A DNA stretch of 63,851 nucleotides, the filler included, from Basidiobolus ranarum (Eukaryota), in the NCBI GenBank assembly GCA_040143965.1. It is 17 parts of 17 records of this genome, joined end to end, with 100 filler letters (N's around TTAATTAATTAA, not from the genome) between each part and the next. Parts side by side here need not be neighbours in the genome. Positions count along the whole stretch, not along the records: positions 1 to 3,674 come from JASJQH010009213.1; positions 3,775 to 7,447 come from JASJQH010009214.1; positions 7,548 to 11,220 come from JASJQH010009215.1; positions 11,321 to 14,990 come from JASJQH010009216.1; 13 more parts are not named here. One strand, 5' to 3'. The notes under the pieces are model-generated. The model saw only the letters and a program-made list of their open reading frames with translations. It ran no database searches and was not told the origin of the DNA. A program made the translations under genes and the position numbers. Positions 1 to 11,665 of this stretch are shown here, one piece after another (within the stretch, counting starts at the first letter, position 1; each line of letters starts with the position of its first letter).

Positions 1-2300
1 ACAAGGAAAGTCAACATAGATGATGACTATCCACTGGATGCAGTTAGTAGGGGCACAGTTGTGTTTAATTTAGACCCGATTCAGCTACAACATTTGCAAA
101 ATTGGATGATTTAGTCTATGTTCCAAATATTGCCAAGAATCTACTCTCTGTAAGCCAAGCAACAACTCAAATATTGAATTTCATGTTCAACACAACTGGA
201 TGCACTATTCAGATCAGAGTAATTCTAAATTGACTACTGGGATAAAAACTCAAAATGTATACAAGCTAGAAATCAACAAGTTGCATTCTGAGCATTTGAG
301 CTAGGCCAAAATTAGTGAAATAAGTTTTCAAACATGGCATAAAAGATTAGGCCACAATGGGGAAAAAAACTGACCCAAATGATATGTAATCAGCTTGTTT
401 CAAGCTTGGAAATTGAAAATAGCACTAAATTGGATTAGTGTGAAGGTGACATGAATGGAAATCATCACAGACAGCCATTTTCAAGCTCTGGAATGATCAA
501 ATCCACTCAGAAATTTAGCCTGATTCATTCTTATCTATGTGGTCCCATAAAAATGTCTCACTAGGTGGCAAATGGTACTTCTTAACCTTTATTGATGAGA
601 AAACAAGATATTCTTGGATGGCCTTCTCTAATCAAAATCTGAAGCCTTAACTAGGCTCAGGCATTACAAAGCAATGGGGGAGAAAGAATCTGCATAAAAA
701 TTAAGGGTATCATGGAGTGACAATGGAGGAGAGTACTGCTCTAAAGACTTTGTATGTTCTTGTTCAAAACATTGAATTAAACAAGAATCCACTGTACCTT
801 TAACTCCACAGCAAAATGGAGTTGCAGAACATGCATATACCACCATAGTGGAGGTGGCAAGATCAATGTTACACAATCAAAAGTAAGATTACCAGATCTG
901 TCTCCACTGCAGTCCATATCAAAAACAGATGCTTAACAAGATTGCTACCAAATTCTACTTTATTTCAAGCCCTATACATATCAAAAATCAGTGTGGATCA
1001 TCACTGGATCTTTAGTTGCAGAGCATATTGCCTAATTCCAGCTGAAACTGCTCTAAATTGAAACCCAAAAGCAGTAAATGTATATCTCTTGGTTACTGTA
1101 ATCAACCCAAGGCCTACAGACTGCTTGACACCAGAAATTAAGAGTTAATTAAGTGCAAAGATGTAATTTTTGATCAAAAAGCAAGTTGTTCACCTCAAAC
1201 TACAGTTCTTGATCCAGAAAACACAATCAGAACTTTTCAGGAAGAGTTTGACAAAGTTCCAGCGGTATCTGAGGCCAATTTAACCAATGTTTCAGCCCCA
1301 TCTCTACCATCAAGGCAAAAGCCAATAGGTTACAAAGGGGCCTATTATGGCAAAAACCAAGTTGATGGAACCACAGAAAGATACACATCAAGTTTAGCTG
1401 AAAAAGATTATTCCCAGACTCCAAAGGTTGATTTTAATGAAACTTTTGCTTCTATAGCTAAGTTTGGCTTCATTAGATCAATACCCTTATCAATCCATGG
1501 TGGGTAGTTTAATGTATACAATGGTAGGAACATGTCCAAACATTTCTGTGCCAGTGGGAATTATTGGCCAATATTTCAAAAATCCTGGATCTGAGCACAA
1601 AACTGAACAAAAGAAACATTCCGGTATTTGAGTGGAACTATGTATTGAGTTCTGGAATGCTCTTGCACTCCTGATGCACATACTTTTGATGGCTACAGTG
1701 ATGAAGACTGGGGAAGAAACCTTGCTAATAAAACATTATCAACTGGGTACACTTTTCTCTATGGTAATGGGGCCCTGACTAGGTATAGCAAAAAACAACC
1801 AACCATAGGACTTTCCACAACAAAAGCAAAGTATATAGCTGCCTCTGTTACCATAATAGAATCTACATGGTTATGGAAGCCAGTAAAAGACTTAGGATAC
1901 ATGTAAAAACATGCTATTACCATCTTTGAAGATAAGCAAAGTTGTATTTCAATAGCTAGCAACTCAACATTTCAAGCTTGACAAAACATGTAGATATCAG
2001 GCATCATCTTGTCAGAGAAACAATAGTGAATGGCATAATTTAGCTTGTCAATTGCCTTGCTGAAGAAAGATTGCTCACATCTTAACCAAACCTTTAGCTA
2101 ATGCACAATTTGAATTAGTTAGTTATGAGTTAGGTTTAAGAGAAATACAAAATAATTAGTTGAGTAGCAAATGTTGAAAATAGGTAAATAGCAACTCACT
2201 ATATAGTAGTAAGTTAATTCATGTACTGCTTATTTAACACTCAATTCTGTCATTCAAAAACATGAGTTCATTGCTCCATTTGATGGAAATATGAATTAAA
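1..2300 (+). mobile_element. Degenerate Ty1/copia retrotransposon (LTR family A): pol remnant plus start of 3' LTR
   Basis: Interrupted frames give GAG-pre-integrase (WHKRLGH), integrase (IHS.LCGP, TPQQNGVAE), an internally deleted RT and RNase H (IGLSTTKAKY, KHVDIRHH). The LTR starts TGTTGAAAATAGGTAAATAGCAACTC at 2171 and matches the LTR starts at 42002 and 57462. Confidence 0.9.
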
Positions 2301-3674
2301 TAACTAGACTTGTTCCATTGGACCAGATCAGATTGTGCCACTTGATCCAGCCTGCTATCAGACCATCTGATGCAATCTGTTAATTACCATAGCTAGGTCC
2401 TATAACATTTGATTGGACACTATAAGGAACAATATGGTACTATCCCATCACACTCAGCCACAATATTTTTTTTGGAGCTATTGTACCAGCCAATACCTAG
2501 TTACCCAATTTAGTATAGCCAAATTAAGATTTTGGATAACTGACAAAGCAAGCTCATCCTCTACTTTGTAACTTACCAATTACTGAATGTGCAACAATAA
2601 GCAATTTATACTGTAACTTACTCAATCAAATGTATAAACAAGACATTTGCATGATTTTAGGCCTATCATTTGTCCCTAACTATCACAATATCCTGATTTT
2701 CAATTGGACCCAACAGCTTCTGCATTATGAAATACCAGTAGTTTTGGCACACTGGTGACAAATCACAGCACTCAATGATGGATTAATCTGCAGTATGATA
2801 GTAGTGATCAGGATTGCTTGATTCATCATTTTTAGATCAGCAAATTATTCATTCCATCATGTAAGCTTCTAAATGGGTGAGAATGTGAACAGATTGAGCC
2901 ACATTGGGCCAATAAGGCTGCACAAGCTTTTTGACAACAGATATGTTTCATTTAATTGTAGCAAAATTGCTTGTATTAATAGGCCTTCATTGGTTTGTTG
3001 GATATACGATGATTTCATGCTATTGGTGTTTCATAAAGACATAAGCAATCATGATCCAACTGAAGCAATTTCTGCTATATTTAACTGCAATCCATATCTA
3101 TTTTGCATGATGCACTAAATAATAAAGATACAATAATGTCAGTATTAACAAGAGCATTCAGCAGTTGCCCAGGTTTGAACTGGTACATGCTGATTTGCAT
3201 CTGTTACTTTTGTTGTCTCCTTGAAATTTCCACAGAAGGAACTTTGCTTGAACCTCTGTCCTGAGTTGTTTGGTTTAATCCTGCTTAAGCTCCTCTACCT
3301 TGGCTAGCATGAGTTGTGGCTTGGGGTTGATGTGCTGTGGTATGTGTTGGCTTCTCTGGTCTAGTTTGCAATTTGTTTGTGTTCACAGTCTCTTCTTCAG
3401 ATGTGGAGCCTTCACTTAATGGGTCAACCAGCCATTGCTGCTGGCATGCAGCTCTACGCATTGACTTGGAATGTCTCACTTGATGCTTGTGCTCAACAGT
3501 TAATGATTCTTCAACCATGGTAGAAGCTTCATCCCTTCTGACTGGCTGTGGCCATGGTTGCATGGCAGTAGGTATTGGAGCAAGTTGTCTACCTTGAGGT
3601 TTGTGTTTGGCAGTTCATGCCTCTTCAACCATGGTAGAAGCTTCATCTGTTTTGACTAGCCATTGCCATGGTTG

Positions 3675-3774
3675 NNNNNNNNNNNNNNNNNNNNNNNNNN
3701 NNNNNNNNNNNNNNNNNNTTAATTAATTAANNNNNNNNNNNNNNNNNNNNNNNNNNNNNNNNNNNNNNNNNNNN
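3675..3774. other. Artificial contig linker N44-TTAATTAATTAA-N44 (first of 16)
   Basis: Identical 100-nt spacers with stops in all six frames start at 3675, 7448, 11221, 14991, 18758, 22521, 26284, 30046, 33807, 37566, 41324, 45081, 48838, 52593, 56347 and 60100. Contig lengths fall from 3674 to 3652 without ever increasing. Confidence 0.98.
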
Positions 3775-3775
3775 A

Positions 3776-4297
3776 GTTAACAAAATTCTAGATTCCAGAA
3801 TTTACCGACGTAAATTGCAATATTTAGTGGACTGGAAAGGATATTCAACAAATGATCAATCATGGGAGCCAGCAACAAATCTTTCTAATTCCAAGGAACT
3901 TTGCCAGGAGTTTCATGAAGCCTACCCAGAAAAACCTGGCCCTATGATGTCTGGAAGCCATCACTAAAGAAGGGGATACTGTCATGATTCTGATCTTGGC
4001 ATACTGATCCACTGCATATGGAACTCTTCTATTATTAGATTATGACATCATATCTACTGTGCCATCCCTTCTCGGCAATCTGGTGTCAGTTCATCCAGAT
4101 TACCTTATATGGAAGTCATGTTCTTTGGAACATTCCATGAAACCTGACCAATCATGTCATCCCACACATAGTGTATTTCCGCCAAGACCTTCCATGGAAG
4201 GTCACCTGATCATCCTTACATCATCCTTACATCATCCCTTCTATTCAGAGATTACGTCAATCCAAGGGAATTTCCAGTGAGAGCTCGGCCCGTGACG
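3776..4297 (+). mobile_element. 3' end of a chromoviral Ty3/gypsy element: chromodomain, PPT and 3' LTR
   Basis: 3776-3967 reads VNKILDSRIYRRKLQYLVDWKGYSTNDQSWEPATNL...FHEAYPEKPGP, an integrase-terminal chromodomain. The PPT AAAGAAGGGGATAC follows, then an LTR TGTCATG...CGTGACG (3980-4297). Confidence 0.9.
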
Positions 4298-4355
4298 ATT
4301 CTAGTATATCCTCAAGGGAAAGTTATCATAGCGATACTTCCAATTCCAATTTAAG

Positions 4356-7300
4356 TTATTCAGACCCACTACCCACTCCTAGACCTACGCCTAAGCCTGT
4401 ACCTGCTAGTACACCAGCACCAGCACCTGTACCAAGACCCTCGCCTAAGCCTACACCTGCACGCGCACCTATTCCTGCTCCTGTGTCAAGGCCAACACCT
4501 GCTAGTACACCTGCTCCTGTACCAAGACCTACGCCTAAGCCTACACCTGTAAGCACACCTGCCCCTGTGCCAAGGCCTACTCCTACTCCTTTATCAAGAC
4601 CCACTCCTGTGGCTGCCTCTGTTCCCAAACCAGAGCCGGTGGAAATCCGTCCATCTGAACACTCCACTTCTCGTCAATCTAGTACCAGATCACCCTCACC
4701 TACACTGGATATCAGCCAGGGGGGATCTATAAGAGATCGAATCAAAAGATTACAAATTGCCAATAGTAAAGATGCTGAGGGAGAGAAAAGTAAGAATCCT
4801 ATACTTCGTAGAAATCCTCTACCATTCAAAGAACAAGTAAAAGAGCCAGCAAAGAAGGAGTTCAAGCCGGAGAAAATAGAATCTCCCTCCGATAAAGAAG
4901 TGATCTATGCTGAGGTTACTCATAATTTTATTGGAACCGAAGAAGGAGATTTATCTTTAAATGTTGGAGATAAGATAGTCGTCATTGAAAAATGTATGTC
5001 TTCCTATATTGATGAGCCTACCTGTATATTAGCCAACCTGTACAATAACTAATCTTATTTTATCTTTTAGCTGATGCAAATTGGTGGCGCGGTGAACATA
5101 ATGGAAGATGTGGCGATTTCCCTGCTAACCATGTGAAAGAAATGTCAGTATCATTGTCCACTATGAATATCACTTTTCATACTTATAATCTATCAATTCG
5201 TAGAGAGGGCAGTAGGAATGAAGTGACGAAGCGACCTAGTAGCTTTATTAGTAATAATGGTAGCAACTACTCTAAGCCTAAACAAGAGAGTGCCGTACCT
5301 GTGAACCAAGGGTAACCGTCTAGTATACTTTTCGAATGAAAACGATACTTTTTCAAATACTAATCTAGGGATTCTTTTTAGTTCGTAAACACTAGATTAT
5401 CAAAAGAATTCACCATTTCATTAATTCTAACTATATTGAACAGCAATTGTTGTGCCAAAAGTTGAACAGCTGAAGATTCCCACCAAGCCACGCGGTGTTA
5501 CGGCCAAGGCTTTGTTTGAGTATAACGCTTTACAGGACGACGAAATATCTTTTCAACCTGGAGATTTGATATCAAATGTCTACAAAATTTCCGATGATTG
5601 GTGGTGTGGAACACATCCAGTTCACGGTACGGGAACATTCCCCCTCAACCATGTCGAATTATTGTAAGTGGTCATTAATCCGAGGCCAGTGTGATATCAT
5701 AAGGCTCATCTCCTTGTTTACTCCAGGAAAATCAGTCCCAGTAGTCCGGAGCCCAACCCGGTCAACGAGCAGAACTCTCGTAATAGTAACAACTCAACCA
5801 AACCACGTGAGCGTACGTCAACCCCCACTCCAGAACCTGAAGAATCTCCAGAAGATGGTATTCGTGCACAGGCGTTGTATAGCTTTACTGGGACCATGGA
5901 GGACGAGGTATCCTTTGTGGAAGGAGACATGTTAGTGGATATACTGAAGGAGTCGGAAGACTGGTGGTGCGGTACTCACGCTATAAGCAAGCAACGGGGG
6001 CTATTCCCAGCCAATCATGTAGAAGAGATGTAAGTAGAGTAGTCAGCTCAGTGTACCCTGCAGTGAAGTATCAATCGTAATGTTTAATGTGTACATAGTG
6101 TTGAAGAGCCCATCCATGATTACTGGGTTCCAGGCTTTCCACATTGGAAGGATGTCACTGAACCAAAGCATACTAAACTGATTTTCCAAGGTAACCAAAT
6201 CCTAATAAACATAAAACATCCACTTTACAAACTAAACGAGATCGTATACTATGCGGAATAGAATCGGATTTCGTGGAGGTTGATCAATATGCTAGAGATA
6301 CTCCCCAAGAGGTCACTCACGATCTTAAACGGTTGACGAAATATCTGATTCAACCATTCGATTCAGAGCTCTGCCAAATTCGAAGTATATTTGTTTGGAT
6401 TGCTGATGTGAGTAAACAGCCCATTCATCCACCACCGTAGCGTTAACTTAACAGCTTCATCTCTGATTCCATTACAGAACATTTCTTATGATGTGGATGG
6501 CTTCCTTTCAGGAAATATTCCGGATCAGTCAGCAAAGAGTACTTTACATTCTAGATCATCCGTGTGTGAAGGATATGCAAACTTGTTCCAAGAGATGTGT
6601 GAAATTAGTGGCATATATGTGCAAAAGATCCATGGATATAGTCGAGGTAATTAGAGTCTTTCAGGTTGTTGCATTCTCTTATTAACCTTTGATTGACGAC
6701 CAAAGGGGCTGGTACTGATCCTTCCACTGAATCCAGAGGGCCGTTGGGGAGTAACCATGCTTGGAATGTTGGTGAGTAAAGAAATCCTCGATCTGGGTCC
6801 TTGTACCGAAACTAACGAGTTGGCTTTTGTAGTACGCATTAACGGTGTCTATAGAATGATTGATAGCACCTGGGGCGCAGGTAGATTTTGTTAAGGTTTG
6901 ATATTGAGACGATTGAAGGCATAGAGTTAATAGTTTATTTTACAGGTCATTTGAACAACGGAAGTTATCACAAGAAATTTAGCCCGTTCTACTTCTTGAC
7001 TCTACCAACACTATTCATTTGCAATCATTTCCCACTCGAATCACCTCACTTGCAATTCATCACCCCTCATGCTAAAGAGGAAGAGTTCCGTCAATTACCA
7101 TTTGTATCGGGGATATTCTTTCAATTAGGATTGAAATTTTTGAGTACCCCGGGAAATCTCTTAAGGATTGATAAACACACTTCTCTACCGCTTGAGTTTC
7201 ACTTGGGTATTACCAGACACACCAAGATTACGGCCAGGTTGGAAACCGAAGGAAGAGAGGAGAAAAATGGCGTTCTTTGTCTAATCGATCATTCGAAAGA

Positions 7301-7447
7301 AGTGAGTACTGCAACTGTGTTGGTGTATCCTCCCACTGTTGGTAAATGGAATATTCATTTATTTGGAGATAATGAATCTGGTCATTCCCTCTCGATGATT
7401 GGTTCAACTCATCTCGATATTGCCTCTCTACCCTATGCTCAAGCCCC
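4356..7447 (+). CDS. Multi-exon gene, incomplete at both ends: Pro/Thr-rich repeats, three SH3 domains, transglutaminase-like (Cyk3/KY-family) domain
   Basis: SH3-1 AEVTHNF...GDLSLNVGDKI/NWWRG...GDFPANHV; SH3-2 AKALFEY...WWCG...FPLNHV; SH3-3 AQALYSF...WWCG...LFPANHV. TG-like region RSIFVWIADNISYD, VCEGYANLF, NHAWNVV, IDSTWGAG, YFLT.P...NHFP. Exons are joined by GT-AG introns. Confidence 0.88.
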
Positions 7448-7894
7448 NNNNNNNNNNNNNNNNNNNNNNNNNNNNNNNNNNNNNNNNNNNNTTAATTAAT
7501 TAANNNNNNNNNNNNNNNNNNNNNNNNNNNNNNNNNNNNNNNNNNNNCTTTCTTTCCACTATAAGTATGTACAAGGAGCATGCATACCACAGCAACATAG
7601 AATTGAATAGCTGGCATTTGTAGTAGGAATTGTTGCAGAAAATTTGTCTGAGTAGAGAGCTTCTCATTTTGCTCTTTATAAGCGATTATTTTTCTTTACT
7701 GAGATACTAACATTGGTATGAACATATATACTATCCTCACTCGAAATGAGTATCCGATATTACTATTTTACTTCTTGCTAAAGCGGTTTGCACAATTGTA
7801 TATGCGATTGATGCTTCCTTAGTGAGGTTTGAATATAAGTTCAGGAAGTTAGACAAGTCCTTAGCTCAATAGATACATTTCTGAATTTATTTGT

Positions 7895-8028
7895 TAATAA
7901 ACCTATTTAATAACCTCATATAATAACCATTTAATAAACCGATTTAATAACCTCATATAATAACCACTTAATAAACTGATTTAATAACCTCATATAATAA
8001 CCACTTAATAACTTTATTTAATAACCAC
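7895..8028. repeat. AT-rich minisatellite, about 3.5 copies of 37 bp
   Basis: Unit AATAAACCGATTTAATAACCTCATATAATAACCACTT repeated head to tail with few mismatches. Confidence 0.9.
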
Positions 8029-9144
8029 TAATTCAATTTTTCTTTCTAGCAGCACGATCATTGCGCTTGTCCACCTTCTTGTCTAGGGTGAGAGTGAACT
8101 TCACTCACTCTTTGGATATTTCTTCCATGGAACGGCCTTCAATGTAGATAGGACATTGTTACCACACTCCATACCGCTTTTGTACATTTCTCACCTTCAC
8201 TGCATTGCTTATACATTCAATTTCAGGTGATTTTGGCTCTGTTTTGATCGAGCCCTCTTTGCTAGAATATTGTCCCCTCCCAGGTGCAGTCACGTGCTGG
8301 TTCTCAAGTAGTTCTTCAGATGCCGTCATGGGCTAATTCGTAAATGATTCTTTCGGTGTTAGCTCTGTTTCTACAGAATCCTCATTCGCTTCACTACAAT
8401 ACTGTTTCGATGAGCTAGCTAAATGAGGTAGGTAAATGAGCTAGAAATGTGGAATTATTGTTAGCCACTCTTATAGCTACTCAATATAATATCTACATCA
8501 CATGCATGTTTCTTTCGTTCTTGTTAACCATCTAGGGTTAGAGTTAGTTGAAACGTTATCTTCGCTTACTAAACGCTTTATTGGTGGGCTATCTAAAGTT
8601 TCCCAGTATCTATCTACCCTGAAAACTAAATTCCAAATAAGAGATATTCAAAGCAAATCTTAGTAAATCCTCTAACACTAACTCAGTTTATTACTACAAA
8701 TTGGTGTAATAATACGACATAATAATACCTCATATTTGAAAGATGTTCCTGCTCTATTGGTTACGATTGTACAAAATAGGTTGGTCACAAATACATTTTG
8801 TACGTAGGGATGTATGTCCAGAGCCAAGGATCAATATGGTTAATGAGAAATATTTGATTATTAGAAGAGAAGATACTAGGCTATTCATCCCCTTATACTC
8901 TGTATTCCATAATTAGAACTTTGTTACTGTACCGTTAGCCTATTTAATGAAATATTCCTGCATTTTCTCATTTTGCTTTCAAATAGCTGTCCATATTTGA
9001 CGCGATGTAACGGAATTAGCTGCCTATAAAGTATAAATGAAATGTATATAAACAGAGAAAAGGATACACTTTGAGCATCAATTTGGCTACTTTCGCAATT
9101 TCACTTCCTTAATATCACTTCCACCAAACCGTTTACTACTTGCC

Positions 9145-9420
9145 ATGAAGTATACTGCTCTGATGATATTGGCATCTGCATCTGCTTGTCAAGCTGGATA
9201 TGCCTGCTGCGCTAAGTTGGAGAAAGGATGGATTTGGGATAGTATCAATTGCGTCCCAGAGAAAGTCGAATGGAGAAAGGCATGTGTTGCTGCTAGTTTG
9301 AGTTGGGGTACTTATGGGATGTCCCATGGATGTGATGTTGGTGGTGAGGGAACCACTGAAGCAAAAAGGTTCAAAGAGGCTTGTGCCAAACTGGGATATG
9401 ACAGCACAAAGGTATGGTAG
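9145..9420 (+). CDS. Small secreted cysteine-rich protein, 91 aa
   Basis: Signal-peptide-like MKYTALMILASASACQA; six Cys in the mature part; TATATAAA about 100 nt upstream and AATAAA at 9561. Confidence 0.75.
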   Translation: MKYTALMILASASACQAGYACCAKLEKGWIWDSINCVPEKVEWRKACVAASLSWGTYGMSHGCDVGGEGTTEAKRFKEACAKLGYDSTKVW

Positions 9421-9880
9421 CTACTTTCAAACCTCATCCAGGACTACACACATCCAGGTGCTACTCTGTTGGAAGGTGATTATAACACAGCTTAGAAGAT
9501 GACTTGAGTCTGTGTGTTCTATGAGATACTTGTAGTATGTGAAGAGCCTGTGTCAAGATCAATAAAATCTAGGATTTATTGTAAAAGCAGAGGAGTGGAA
9601 GACTTATAATTTTCAATTTACCTACTTGTTTTTTTTTTCAAATTTGTTGCAGTTTATGTGTTGTGTAAGCAATGTGACATCTTTACATTATGCCACAGGG
9701 AGATGAGCATATGCCATGGGGGTGTAATCTTTTTTCAGATCAATTTACAGACTTAAACAAACAAGCAATTAGGAGCTGATCAATCTCCTACTTCAGATAT
9801 CTAATTCTTTGTTGTGTGGTAAAGTAAGCAATAGACTAATAATTTATAGCTCCACTGAAGTAAAAGCTAAGGTTAGAGGA

Positions 9881-10760
9881 ACCCTAACAAAAATAAAATC
9901 AATTTGATCTGATTTGGATCCACATTTCTGGAGCACAAAACCATCAGAGGACCATCACAATATTGGCTGCTTGTATTATGCCAGAGATTTTGATGGTGAA
10001 ATGGTGGCTTCTTGATGGTATTATGATAGCAATCATACATGGTGAAATATTGATCCTCTAATTTGGCATGCTTTGTTTTATTTCCAACTATTATTGAAAA
10101 AAACCAATTTTCAAATGGCAAATTACTGGGTTTACTGCTATAGGAACTTGAATTAATAAGCCAGCCTTTATTGAGATATTTTAGGCTTTATATTGCAGCT
10201 GTAATGAGAATCAAAGAATAAAAGAATCCTGTTGTGTTTAGTCTCTACATATGCACATACTTGACCAATCAGTCATGCCTCAATACCATCCATATGCTTT
10301 ACTAGCAAACTAATGGTGAAAAAATTGCAAAACATCTGAAATTTAGAGTAGCACTGACACTTGGCATAAAGCTAACTCTTATTACCATTGACAATGAGAA
10401 CAAGCTCTTGGATTTTGGCAAATTTTTGTAAAATATTCAGCCAAAATATCCCCCACTTACAGTCAACAAATGTTCTATCACAAGTACATGTGACATTGCT
10501 TGAATAGATTACCCCATGGTTAAAGCAATTGTTGAAGTTTATTGTCTTTATCATATGTATTATCTCTATCTTTATACAATTAACTATTTCATATATCACA
10601 TATAAGTTACCCTAACAGAAATTTGAGGATTGTTACTGTAGGAAAGCTGTCACAATTTTTAATTCATTTGGGGTTGATCGTTTACTTACCGTCATAAAAT
10701 CATCAAGTTAGATTTGATTTTAATCAATTTTTTCAGTTTCAGGAGTGAAATTTCAAGATT
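9881..10760. mobile_element. Patchwork of DNA-transposon terminal pieces (CCCTAACA ends) and an LTR fragment
   Basis: 9881-10150 is the reverse complement of 48950-49217; 10295-10520 matches 49222-49450; 10530-10609 matches the LTR ending at 22287 (reverse); 10611-10750 matches 52453-52592. Confidence 0.75.
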
Positions 10761-11377
10761 TAGGATTATGGGGATGATAAACATCACCAGGTGTAATATT
10801 TATTTAATAACTAGATAAACTACTATTAAACAAATAAGCCAATGTGGCATAATATGCTAACAATAAAAGATGAAGTTAAAATATAAAGAAAATAACAAAG
10901 TATGGAAATACTAAGGTTAGGTGAAAGCCCTAGAGTTTGATATTTCTCACAGATGTTGAATGTCAAAGTCTAGTGGGGAATGAAGTTCAACTGCTTGTTC
11001 ACTGTAGTAGTTTCTTAGAAAATTGGTGACTTGAAGAGAGGGAGAGTTTTTTAGCAGACTGGTAAATCTTGCTAAGAGTTCCTTTTCCAAAGAGAAAGGT
11101 GCAAAAAGTGGGCTGTCAATATGCTGTCTGAAAGTATGATCAAAGAGCTCCCATTCAAGATGTTCCTTGACTTCTTCTATGAAAAGATCAGCAATATCCT
11201 TGTCAAGTATAACTTCTAATNNNNNNNNNNNNNNNNNNNNNNNNNNNNNNNNNNNNNNNNNNNNTTAATTAATTAANNNNNNNNNNNNNNNNNNNNNNNN
11301 NNNNNNNNNNNNNNNNNNNNCCCAGACCCCCTCTTTTCATCCTTACCCTCCCTTACCCTTACCAGAACATCTATACC

Positions 11378-11665
11378 CTTTGTTTAGATTAGTATTGAAG
11401 CTAAATAAAGTCCACACCATCTGGTGCTATTCATCCCCCTACCCTAGGTTTGTACTGGGTACCTTCCTTTCTAGTTACCATCTTTGCCCCTTAACACTGT
11501 ATTTGCATTCTCTGAGCTTGATTACATTGGTCATCAGGTTAAGTATGGATATGAACCATTATTGTCACAATATCTTGAAAGATTGATATCTTGATTGTCA
11601 CTTTGTTTAGATTAGTATCTAAGCTAAATAAAGTCCACACCATCTGGTGCTTTTCATCCCCCCTA
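11378..11665. repeat. ~62-bp direct repeat pair in CpG-poor, TE-like DNA
   Basis: CTTTGTTTAGATTAGTAT..AAGCTAAATAAAGTCCACACCATCTGGTGCT.TTCATCCCCC at about 11378 and 11601. Confidence 0.75.

Noticed and set aside
4356-4667. Gly-rich minus-strand ORF (GVGLGTGAG repeats)
   Set aside because: It is the antisense shadow of the Pro/Thr-repeat exon on the plus strand.
7895-8028. 37-bp repeats as a possible CRISPR array
   Set aside because: Head-to-tail copies with no unique spacers, no cas genes, eukaryotic context.
8035-8329. Minus-strand 56-aa ORF ending NAVKVRNVQKRYG, like the start of an ABC ATPase domain
   Set aside because: It stops immediately and no Walker A motif follows; too weak to call.
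10917-11220. Nearly open minus-strand frame LEVILDKDIADLFIEEVKEHLEWELF...
   Set aside because: CpG-depleted, has an internal stop and is truncated by the contig end; probably a TE ORF tail, but no family recognised.
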